Shown in pieces: positions 7,918 to 16,547 of a DNA stretch of 23,199 nt. The position numbers and the translations under genes are program-made. Source of the stretch: an uncultured archaeon (GTDB lineage: Archaea > Asgardarchaeota > Lokiarchaeia > Sigyniarchaeales > SOKP01); NCBI GenBank assembly GCA_964493715.1, contig CAZBPC010000021.1, positions 12,501-35,699 on the forward strand, written 5' to 3'. Below the pieces are notes generated by a model. It was not told the origin of the DNA. It did not search any database and saw nothing but the letters and a program-made list of their open reading frames with translations. Within the stretch, counting starts at the first letter, position 1, and each line of letters starts with the position of its first letter.

Positions 7918-9107
7918 TTTATCGCCTCCTCAACGCATTCTTCAATTGTTCCAATTTTTACCTTGAATTTATTTTTAGCACGTCCATAATAACATGCTTT
8001 TGCTGAGTCCACCATAATTCCTTTGAAACGTCCCTTTATTGGAGCTACTACACAGCAAGTATCTGCTGCAAACTTAGCTCCAGCATCTTCAATTATTTTA
8101 GAATATCCCGCTTCGTCAGCAATTTTTTTAGTAGGTCGAGCAGTAGTAATCCAAAATTCTTTCTTCACTTCTTTTCCTTCCAATAATTTAGAAAGTTCCG
8201 CAATTTCATGAATTGAAGCATGAGGACATCCTATACTAACGAAATCTACTTCAATATCATTATCAATAAGTTCAACTCGAGCTTTTGCCAAGTCTTTAGG
8301 ACTAATCTCAACCACCTTCTCACTCGGTTTGGGATATTTATTATACTCTGGAGTGATTCCATCCATGTGGAATAATGCTGTTCCGCCATAAGTTGCCACG
8401 GAAGCACAAAAAGATTTGAGTTCTTCAACTGTTGCGCAAGGGATTCCAGTGATGTATGGAATTTTTTTTCCTAATTCCCCTAATTTATCGCCAATTAATT
8501 TTCCTAGCACTCCAAATTCATCTGTACCTTTAACTGGTGTATTTACTTTAAATAATACTTGACCATAACGATTCTTATCTATATGATATCCATAATTAGG
8601 TGTCTTTCCCGTTAATGCAGCAGCTAATGCACTTGGTCCGCCCTCACGATTTGTTCGAGCACCTATTATAGAATTTGAATAACATACTGCACTGCTTTCT
8701 GCCCACGCAATATGTTGTCCATAATGAGGAGTGTTTCCAATTAGGTAGGGAGTACAGGAACATGTAGTTATTATTCCCATTTTTGCAAAAGCATCCAAAG
8801 CTCTATTTTGATTTATAGCGAATTCTTCATCTATTCCTAATGCTTGCCAATTTTCACGATCCATTCCCGCTGGATTTAATGTCGTTAAAACCCTAACCTT
8901 TCCATCTTCTGCCATTTCATTTAGAAATTCTAATCCTGCTTCGCCAAGATTGTCATATGAAACTCCTGCTATTTGAACGCCATAAACATCGATCATATTC
9001 TCAGCTCCAAAAATATCGCCGAGCGTAGCTAATATTTCCATAGATTTTTTTGTAGCTTTTCCATATTTCCCATCGAGCATTTCTTTTTCTTCTTGATTTA
9101 ATTTCAT
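7914..9107 (-). CDS. Phosphomevalonate dehydratase large subunit (aconitase X catalytic domain, DUF521)
   Basis: Motifs GVSY, TTLNP, TCSCTPY, AWAESSA, GARTNREGG, IGCPHAS, DTCCVV and DSAK are present. The ATG at 9107 (SD AGGTG at 9121-9117) is preferred over the GTG at 9119. Confidence 0.92.
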   Translation of the reverse strand: MKLNQEEKEMLDGKYGKATKKSMEILATLGDIFGAENMIDVYGVQIAGVSYDNLGEAGLEFLNEMAEDGKVRVLTTLNPAGMDRENWQALGIDEEFAINQNRALDAFAKMGIITTCSCTPYLIGNTPHYGQHIAWAESSAVCYSNSIIGARTNREGGPSALAAALTGKTPNYGYHIDKNRYGQVLFKVNTPVKGTDEFGVLGKLIGDKLGELGKKIPYITGIPCATVEELKSFCASVATYGGTALFHMDGITPEYNKYPKPSEKVVEISPKDLAKARVELIDNDIEVDFVSIGCPHASIHEIAELSKLLEGKEVKKEFWITTARPTKKIADEAGYSKIIEDAGAKFAADTCCVVAPIKGRFKGIMVDSAKACYYGRAKNKFKVKIGTIEECVEEAIK

Positions 9108-9119
9108 AGTCCAATACAC

Positions 9120-10427
9120 CTATTGGTTAAAATATTTCTCAATATCAACATGAGGAAAATCTGCTCTTTCGAAACTTTTTCCTTTTGCGATTAAAGGTTT
9201 TGTTAAATCGAATCCTATCTTGGTTGTCATTTTCGTTCCCACTTCTGCGCTCGGATCTAAACTACTACCAGGTTCCTTATCTTTTATAATCATATCTATA
9301 TCACCTTGAAAGCGTGTTGCCATTGCCCATTCTACCGAAAGAGGATCATAGATATTAATATCCTTATCGACAATAAACACGTGTTTGCAACTACTATGAC
9401 CAATAAATGCCCCTTTAATAGCTTTTTTACCATCTTCTTCTGACTTCTTATCTATTTTTACAATTGCATGTAACCAAGAACATCCTCCAGGATTCACATT
9501 AACATCTAGGCATTTAACTCCAGTTTCGTTAACTTTATTGAAAATAGTTGGTTCTCTTGGCATACCCATCAATATCTTATGCTCAAGTGCGCCGGGTAGT
9601 AAAGCTTGCCAAATCGCGTCCTTTCTATGAGTTATTCTTTTTACTTCGAATACGGGTTCTTCTCTTACGATGTCATAAGTTTCTGTCAAGTCGACAAAAG
9701 GACCTTCAGCATGTCTTTCTTCTAAATAGACTCTTCCTTCTAATATAAATTCTGCTTCTGCTGGAATTAAAAGATCTACAGAATTTGCTTTAACAACTTT
9801 TATTGGTTCTAATGCATTTGCTATATGTAATTCATCAACTCCAATATCCACAGATGTAGCTCCAGCAATTAGAATGTTAGGCGTGTTACCTATGCAAAAA
9901 ACAACGTCCAATTCGTTGTTTTTTTTTAAAAATGTGTGAAAATGACGGCCACTCACTATACGAGTAGAAAATTTGTTTTTTGAAAATTGCATGGCTCGAT
10001 GAAAATCCACATTTTGCCCATAATCTGGATCTCTTGTGATTACGACAGCAGAGCTGACATAATTACCACCATCTTTTTCACAATGAAATAAAATAGGTAA
10101 TTTATCTAAATCTACAATTGGTTCTACAATTTCTTGGCAAGGCGCTTTTGATACGATTTCTGGTTCTGAGCGTTCAACAATTGCTTTAGAAAGCATTGGT
10201 ATGAGGTCTGCTGGAGATACGTTGAAATATGAAGCAATTACATTTTTAGTGCAGAATATGTTGCCTACTAACTTGAATTCAGATTCTTTAATATTATTAA
10301 ACATTAAGGGGGTTGGTTCTTTCTCTTTTAATATTCCAGAGATCTCTAAATTCTTTGAAGTCTCGACATCTACTTTTTGAAGTAATCCTTTCTCATCAAT
10401 ATTTTTTATATATTCTCTAAATCCCAT
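9120..10427 (-). CDS. UbiD-family decarboxylase, probable trans-anhydromevalonate 5-phosphate decarboxylase
   Basis: Motifs LP......DGG.Y, FHR, PAEAEFILEG, EGPFVDLTETYD, VD.DINIYD...VEWAMATRFQ and GSSLDPS are present. The specific function is inferred from its position between HMGR and PMDh. Confidence 0.9.
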   Translation of the reverse strand: MGFREYIKNIDEKGLLQKVDVETSKNLEISGILKEKEPTPLMFNNIKESEFKLVGNIFCTKNVIASYFNVSPADLIPMLSKAIVERSEPEIVSKAPCQEIVEPIVDLDKLPILFHCEKDGGNYVSSAVVITRDPDYGQNVDFHRAMQFSKNKFSTRIVSGRHFHTFLKKNNELDVVFCIGNTPNILIAGATSVDIGVDELHIANALEPIKVVKANSVDLLIPAEAEFILEGRVYLEERHAEGPFVDLTETYDIVREEPVFEVKRITHRKDAIWQALLPGALEHKILMGMPREPTIFNKVNETGVKCLDVNVNPGGCSWLHAIVKIDKKSEEDGKKAIKGAFIGHSSCKHVFIVDKDINIYDPLSVEWAMATRFQGDIDMIIKDKEPGSSLDPSAEVGTKMTTKIGFDLTKPLIAKGKSFERADFPHVDIEKYFNQ

Positions 10428-10470
10428 AAAAATCCTCTCAAAATTTTATTTATCTTTATGCAGTTATCAA

Positions 10471-11742
10471 TTATTTTTCCAATAATTTATTTAATATCTT
10501 TTTTGCGTGATCAACTCGAATTTTGCCATCTTGTACTAATATTTTCGCAACTTTTTCTATCAGATTGTCTGGAACCCCAGCAGTTTTGGCGATATTTCGT
10601 GAATGTAGCACCATATGTCCCTTCTGTATCCCCTCTGCGGCTAAAGCTCTTAAAGCAGCTACATTCTGAGCTAAACCTAACGCGGCTGCAATTTGAGATA
10701 ATTCTCCAGCACTCTTAACACCTAAAATTTTTAATGCTAAACGTGCCATAGGATGAATCTTAGTCATTCCTCCAACAATTCCAAGAGCCAGAGGAATTTC
10801 TATCTCGCCAACTAAATTACCTTCTGAGTCTGATTTAAATTTCGTAAGAGGTTTGTATTGTCCACTCAAAGAAGCATATGCATGAGCTCCTGCTTCTATA
10901 GCACGAGTGTCATTTCCTGTTGCTATCGTTAATGCAATTATTCCATTCATTATCCCTTTATTATGCGTTGTTGCCCTATAGGGATCGGCAAGCGCAAATT
11001 CATAAGCATTTAATATGCCCTCAACTACTTCTTCTCCACCTAACAAATTCTTATCAAAAGTTGCTTTACATTTAGCAATTCGATGAGTTGCCAAGTTGGA
11101 TACAATTCTAAGATATATTTTCCCTCCACTAATTTCTTCTATATAAGGAGTTACGGCTTCCGCCATTGTATTTACGACATTTGCACCCATAGCGTCTAAT
11201 ACATTAACTAGTAGGTGAAGGATTAGCATTTTACCTTTATTTGTTTCTATCTCTCTGATCTCTATATCTAGAGCTCCACCACCAAGTTGATTAAGTAATG
11301 GGTCTTGCTCATTAGCAATTTTTAAGATTTTTTCCTTATTTTTTACTAAAATTTTGTTAGCAGCAACTGTATCTTTTAATTGAGTTATTTGTATTTGAGA
11401 AACCATAATTGATCTAACTTCTTCAGACTGAAATCCTCCATTTTTTCTTGCTATCTTAGCAGCATTAGAAGCAGCAGCTACGACTGAAGGTTCTTCAATC
11501 ACCATAGGCAAAATATAATCTTTTCCGTTGATTTTAAAGTTTAAAGCAATCCCCAAAGGTAATTGGTAGCTCCCAATTACGTTTTCTATTAGCGTGTCGA
11601 TTTGAGTGGGTGTAAAATACCCTAAAGTTCGCAATAGTTGAATTTCTTCTTGCCCTAACTTAAACATTTTAGCCAATTGATCCTGACGTTCTTCTAAGGG
11701 TAGATTATAAAAACCAGATATATCTGAAGTGATATGTTTCAT
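10471..11742 (-). CDS. mvaA: HMG-CoA reductase, class II
   Basis: Motifs IENVIG, EEPSVVAAAS, DAMGAN, RATTHNKGIMNG, GNDTRAIEAG and GIQKGHM are class II signatures. Confidence 0.95.
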   Translation of the reverse strand: MKHITSDISGFYNLPLEERQDQLAKMFKLGQEEIQLLRTLGYFTPTQIDTLIENVIGSYQLPLGIALNFKINGKDYILPMVIEEPSVVAAASNAAKIARKNGGFQSEEVRSIMVSQIQITQLKDTVAANKILVKNKEKILKIANEQDPLLNQLGGGALDIEIREIETNKGKMLILHLLVNVLDAMGANVVNTMAEAVTPYIEEISGGKIYLRIVSNLATHRIAKCKATFDKNLLGGEEVVEGILNAYEFALADPYRATTHNKGIMNGIIALTIATGNDTRAIEAGAHAYASLSGQYKPLTKFKSDSEGNLVGEIEIPLALGIVGGMTKIHPMARLALKILGVKSAGELSQIAAALGLAQNVAALRALAAEGIQKGHMVLHSRNIAKTAGVPDNLIEKVAKILVQDGKIRVDHAKKILNKLLEK

Positions 11743-11870
11743 ATTTTATCTTCTCTTTAATTTAAGTCTAAAAATTTTATTTTATAATAAGAGATATCAT
11801 GTTTTAAATCACAAATGATAAAATTAGGGATAGATAATGACATTATTGAACATGATATAATAGTTTTAAT

Positions 11871-13499
11871 TTAATAGATATTTTGGACGGGATAATAAAT
11901 TGGGGTCCAATTTAGTAATCCAATGGCATTAACATTAGTTTCATGCTTATTTTCATTTCTACGAATCTCGTATTCCAATAAAGTACCTTCTTTCACTTCA
12001 CCAGCAATCCTTACTAAACCATTATAGAGGAAGTTGAGCTTGTTTTCATCAGGATTTACAATAGGTTCTGATTTTAACACGGCATACAATGGAAAAAACT
12101 TCTCGTGGAAACCAGAATGACCTTTTGGACAATGATTCAAACCTATAATATTTGGAATTATGCACCCCTCATCACAAAAATGAAGTGTGAATCCACGATG
12201 ATTATTATCTTCATGTTCTACAATTTTACCTAAGACTGTTGCTATTGGACTTGTTCCAGCCTTTAATAATTCGTATTCTTGAATCGTTTTTCGTTCTTTA
12301 TTATTAATAAAGTCTTTGATTTGAGGAGATTGTCTCACAATGGTATTAAATCCTCGTTGCATTTTTAACAATCCAGAAATACACGTAGCACCCGAGCCAT
12401 ACGAGCCGAAGTAGATTATGTCATTAGCACGAGCATACTCTTCTGCTATATATAGTATTTGAGCCCAAATCGAGGCATTGTACATGTTGCCAAAATGCGA
12501 AGGAACTCGTAATTGAGGTAACACTTTTCCTTTAATATTTCGAATCAATTTATAAGAGATTGATTCTAGAGCTTCAGAGGAGTACCCTCTTTCTTTTAAT
12601 TTTAAATATAGCCACTCAGGTAAAACTGTGATATCATGCATAAAGGTATCTAATTTTTTAAGAATAGAGGCAGTAATTTGGTTTCTATTCAGTCTTGGAA
12701 GGTTGTTAATGTGTTTAATCCATCGCTTCTGGATTATTTGTTGCATGCATTTAATTGGTAATTTTGAAAAAGGCGCGTGAAAAGTGTAAAAATCTGCGTG
12801 AAAATCTCCAATGTGACTAATTAAATCATCATATGCTTTCAATTGAAAATCAAGATATGTTTCTACCGAATATTGACCAAAAACTTGAGCATTTTTTTGA
12901 TTTGCAGGTCTAAAAAAATCATCAACATTTCCAGAAACCTTGCCGAATTTCTCACTAAATACTGCAACCCTAGGATTTTTTGAAATTACTAAGGCAACGG
13001 CTCCTGAGCCTTGAGTAGCCTCACTTGGAGAACCCAGATGATAGGATGATATGTCAGCACTAATAACAAGAGCTTTGTTTATAATGTCTTTTTCTACCAA
13101 TGCAATCGCATTGAGAAGCGCAAGTGTACCTCCTGCACACGCGTTATAAACGTCTTGACAAAATGAATTAGGCGATATACCTAATAATTGAGCAAAAATA
13201 TTCGAGACGGACTTCACAGCATAGGTAATTGTTTCCGTTCCTACGAATAGCGCGTCAATACTTTTAGGATCTATATTTCCTTTCACTAGTGCTTGATATC
13301 CCGCCTTCAATCCGAGAGAGATAATGTCCTCATTAACCTCAGGTACCCTCATTTCAACTGCCATCAATCCTTTTTTATATTTATTAGGATCGACTTTCCG
13401 CTCAATTGCTAAATCTTTTAACTTGATATAGGATCTGGGAGCGTAAAATCCCATTGAATCAATACCTATAGAGGAAAATAATGAATTATTACGAATCAT
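11871..13499 (-). CDS. HMG-CoA synthase with internal insertion and C-terminal Zn-ribbon/OB (DUF35-like) extension
   Basis: Catalytic motifs GTET (Glu), NACAGG (Cys) and FHAPF (His) are present, with E.TQGSGA, DFFRP, GNMYNAS and SYGSG. At 542 aa it has about 120 extra C-terminal residues. Confidence 0.9.
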   Translation of the reverse strand: MIRNNSLFSSIGIDSMGFYAPRSYIKLKDLAIERKVDPNKYKKGLMAVEMRVPEVNEDIISLGLKAGYQALVKGNIDPKSIDALFVGTETITYAVKSVSNIFAQLLGISPNSFCQDVYNACAGGTLALLNAIALVEKDIINKALVISADISSYHLGSPSEATQGSGAVALVISKNPRVAVFSEKFGKVSGNVDDFFRPANQKNAQVFGQYSVETYLDFQLKAYDDLISHIGDFHADFYTFHAPFSKLPIKCMQQIIQKRWIKHINNLPRLNRNQITASILKKLDTFMHDITVLPEWLYLKLKERGYSSEALESISYKLIRNIKGKVLPQLRVPSHFGNMYNASIWAQILYIAEEYARANDIIYFGSYGSGATCISGLLKMQRGFNTIVRQSPQIKDFINNKERKTIQEYELLKAGTSPIATVLGKIVEHEDNNHRGFTLHFCDEGCIIPNIIGLNHCPKGHSGFHEKFFPLYAVLKSEPIVNPDENKLNFLYNGLVRIAGEVKEGTLLEYEIRRNENKHETNVNAIGLLNWTPIYYPVQNIY

Positions 13500-13780
13500 T
13501 TATAGAATCTCTTTATTAATTAATTTTCTTAGAATAATTGGAAATTTGAATGATTAAATCTAACGTTTATTTATTCAAAAACTTATCTAATCAAATGTTT
13601 ATTTAAATAAGCAAAGTATGTTTATAATAGTTCTCATCGATTTACTAATTTCAATCATTCAGAATATTGAAATTAGGAATGTAATTTTTTTATAAAATTT
13701 AATATTTTTACGAGTATTAATATTAATGTTACTTTATTATTTTAATATGCAAATATTTCGGTCCTGAGAGTTAAAAAACT

Positions 13781-14506
13781 GTGGAAGAACGAAAAAAGAT
13801 ACCTGAAGATAAGTTACCTCGGCACATTGGTTTAATTCTTGATGGAAATCGACGATGGGCAAAAAAAAACCTCCTTAGTCCAAATGTTGGTCACCTGGTT
13901 GGATATAAAAATCTTCGAGATAGACTCTTTGATTTCTTTGAAGCGGGAATTCATTATTTATCAATTTATGCTTTATCACTGGAAAATGTTCGAAAAAGGA
14001 GTGATGCCGAAATAGAGTATATATTTGGCATTATTTTAGATGCTGTAGATGCAACTGTCAAAGAAGGAACAGTTAAAGAGGAAAGAGTCAATTTCAATGT
14101 AATAGGTAGGATCTACTTGCTACCAAAAAGCGTCCAAGAAAAGATTCAGGAATTGAGGGAGTTTACAAAAGAACACGATCAAAATTTCATCAATTTATGT
14201 ATAATGTATGATGGACAAGAAGAAATCGTTGACGCTGTCAAAGCTATAATTAACGCGAACATTCAATCAGATAAGATAAATAAAGATACAATAAAAAGCT
14301 ATTTATATACACGAAATTTCCCTGAAGTCGATTACATAATTAGAACGGGAATGGAAGATGGAGCTAGAATTTCGGGATTTTTGTTATGGGATGCATCTTA
14401 TGCTGAATTTAAATTTAGAACAGATTTATGGCCCGATTATGATAAAGTCATGGTGATAGAAGATTTACTAGATTATGTCAACAGAAATCGACGTAAAGGG
14501 AAATAA
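13781..14506 (+). CDS. uppS: cis-prenyltransferase (polyprenyl/undecaprenyl diphosphate synthase family)
   Basis: Motifs PRHIGLILDGNRRWA, YALSLEN..KR, Y.GQEEI, IIRTG...RISGFLLW...YAE and LWPD are present, with a C-terminal RRKG (RxG). The start is GTG. Confidence 0.94.
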   Translation: MEERKKIPEDKLPRHIGLILDGNRRWAKKNLLSPNVGHLVGYKNLRDRLFDFFEAGIHYLSIYALSLENVRKRSDAEIEYIFGIILDAVDATVKEGTVKEERVNFNVIGRIYLLPKSVQEKIQELREFTKEHDQNFINLCIMYDGQEEIVDAVKAIINANIQSDKINKDTIKSYLYTRNFPEVDYIIRTGMEDGARISGFLLWDASYAEFKFRTDLWPDYDKVMVIEDLLDYVNRNRRKGK

Positions 14507-14686
14507 ATCTTAAAAAAAGTATTTGCTACAGTAAGATTCTGCTAAAGTAAAAATTTAAAACTAATCAATTTTATGTTTGAGATATAAATTAAATACACAC
14601 GATTTTAAGTAAACGAAATACTTAACAATTAAAAACCTCTCTTAATTTAATATCTAAATAAATCCGACACGAATCTATCCTTAAAT

Positions 14687-16513
14687 ATGCCATCTCATAA
14701 TCCAAATACAGCCATCATATTAACAGTGACAAAATTTCCTCAAAACTTGTTGATTCCTAATGAAGATAATCTGGTTTCATTTCAAGTAAGAAATAATGTA
14801 GGAAAGGAAGGAGATTTTAAATTTTCATTTGAGGGTGAAAATCTAAATGTCAGTCTTAAAACAGCGGAATTCGCAAATAAAATCACTCTTAAAAAAGATG
14901 AAACTAAAACTATTGATTTGATGTTGACTCCAACCGCTGATGGCATAGGAAAATTGATAATCAATATTTATTGGTTAAAATTTGTCGAATATAAAATTAA
15001 AACACAGAAAGTAAGGGATTCTATATCTTCAAATAAGAAATTGGTTGCAATTCTTAACACAAAACAAATTTTACCAGAACATTTCGAAGATAATTTTAAT
15101 CCTGATGAATTTTTCAATTCAAAAAACAAAGGAGAAAGTAAAAAAAGAGAAAAGGAGATTAAATCTTTACGAGATGATCAATCAACCACTGCAAATCATG
15201 TAAAAGAAATCGATATGAATCTAAAAGAATTAGCGAAAATATACCTTGAATCAAACGAGTTTTATAAGGCACTAGAAACGGCTTTAGAATTATCAATAGA
15301 GAGTGAAAGAATTGAATTTTACTATAATTTAATAAGGGCATATGCAATTATTGATTTTGATCAATGCATTCAAATCATTTCAAATTTGAATGATATTGAT
15401 AAGAAATATGAACTCATCCAAAAGTTAGGTTTAGATTTTGTTTTAGTGTCAATTGACCAGGTAAATAGACTCCTCGCTTTAGTTGAAAATGAGGATGAGA
15501 AACAAAAGATCCTAATGAAAATAATTAGCAAGGTCTCTCAAAAGAATGTAGACATGGCACTAAAATTGTTAAAACATGTTTCTGAAGAGACTATAAAGGT
15601 AAAAATCCTTTTTAATCTCATAAAAATTCTCCATGATAACAAAGAAAATGATAAAATTTCAGCACTGATAAGTGATATAAATGCAGTCTTAAAATCATCA
15701 AATCTTAACGATAATAATTTTGAAAATTTTAATTATCATTTGCTTAAAGATTCTATTTATCTACTTGCAGCTTTCGATTGTCCGAAATCAGCGGATTCCA
15801 TAATAAAAGGAATTGGGGTGAGTGATCTAAGAGATAAATTCACAAGGGATCTATTTGATGACATTTATATAATGGTTGATGAAATCAAAACAAAAATAGA
15901 ACCTACTAACATATTTTCTCAGTATTATACATTAAATGTATTAGTTTCAAAGATTTCTAAAGAAATCAAGGATTTCTCTTTTGTTGGAGGAAATGTCAGC
16001 AATAACGTTCTCATAAATGATTTTAACTTCAAAATCGCCTTCATTACATTATTTAGCTTAGATTTTAGCATATTTCCCTTTATTGATCGCGTATATAATG
16101 ATTTGAAAAATAATTCTCATGAGTCATTTGCCTATTATCTTTATCCCTCAATAAGTAATCATAATGAGGAAGAACTCCAGATAATGCAATCCACATTAAC
16201 GCAATTCTTTCCAATTAACAAGATGAAAAGTCCAGTTACCCTGTTTAATTTAGATTTTATTCCATACTTGGGTAAACCTACAATTATTATGTCATTACAA
16301 AATTCTCAATTAATAAGTTCTAAAATTCAAAATAAATTAGCAGATCGTGTCAAATTAATTATTGATGATGATCTATTTGAAGGGGGAAAAGTGAAAGAAT
16401 TTTTAGATCGCGTGTTTCATTCTAATAATATAACAATTATCAACCTTGTTTTATCATATGAATTTATTAATGATTATGACATCCTTAAAGCATTTATTGA
16501 GGCGTTAATTTAA
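14687..16513 (+). CDS. Hypothetical multidomain protein (N-terminal Ig-like beta domain, central helical repeats, C-terminal alpha/beta domain)
   Basis: This is a long 608-aa ORF. The domain layout is inferred from residue patterns only. Confidence 0.75.
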   Translation: MPSHNPNTAIILTVTKFPQNLLIPNEDNLVSFQVRNNVGKEGDFKFSFEGENLNVSLKTAEFANKITLKKDETKTIDLMLTPTADGIGKLIINIYWLKFVEYKIKTQKVRDSISSNKKLVAILNTKQILPEHFEDNFNPDEFFNSKNKGESKKREKEIKSLRDDQSTTANHVKEIDMNLKELAKIYLESNEFYKALETALELSIESERIEFYYNLIRAYAIIDFDQCIQIISNLNDIDKKYELIQKLGLDFVLVSIDQVNRLLALVENEDEKQKILMKIISKVSQKNVDMALKLLKHVSEETIKVKILFNLIKILHDNKENDKISALISDINAVLKSSNLNDNNFENFNYHLLKDSIYLLAAFDCPKSADSIIKGIGVSDLRDKFTRDLFDDIYIMVDEIKTKIEPTNIFSQYYTLNVLVSKISKEIKDFSFVGGNVSNNVLINDFNFKIAFITLFSLDFSIFPFIDRVYNDLKNNSHESFAYYLYPSISNHNEEELQIMQSTLTQFFPINKMKSPVTLFNLDFIPYLGKPTIIMSLQNSQLISSKIQNKLADRVKLIIDDDLFEGGKVKEFLDRVFHSNNITIINLVLSYEFINDYDILKAFIEALI

Positions 16514-16547
16514 ATTTCATTACCCCATATTATAAAGTGAGAGAAAA

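Noticed and set aside
13500-13780. ncRNA or riboswitch in the HMGS-uppS divergent region (palindrome TTATTTAAATAA at 13599-13610)
   Set aside because: The region is very AT-rich with no stable stem. It is best explained as divergent promoter/TATA sequence.
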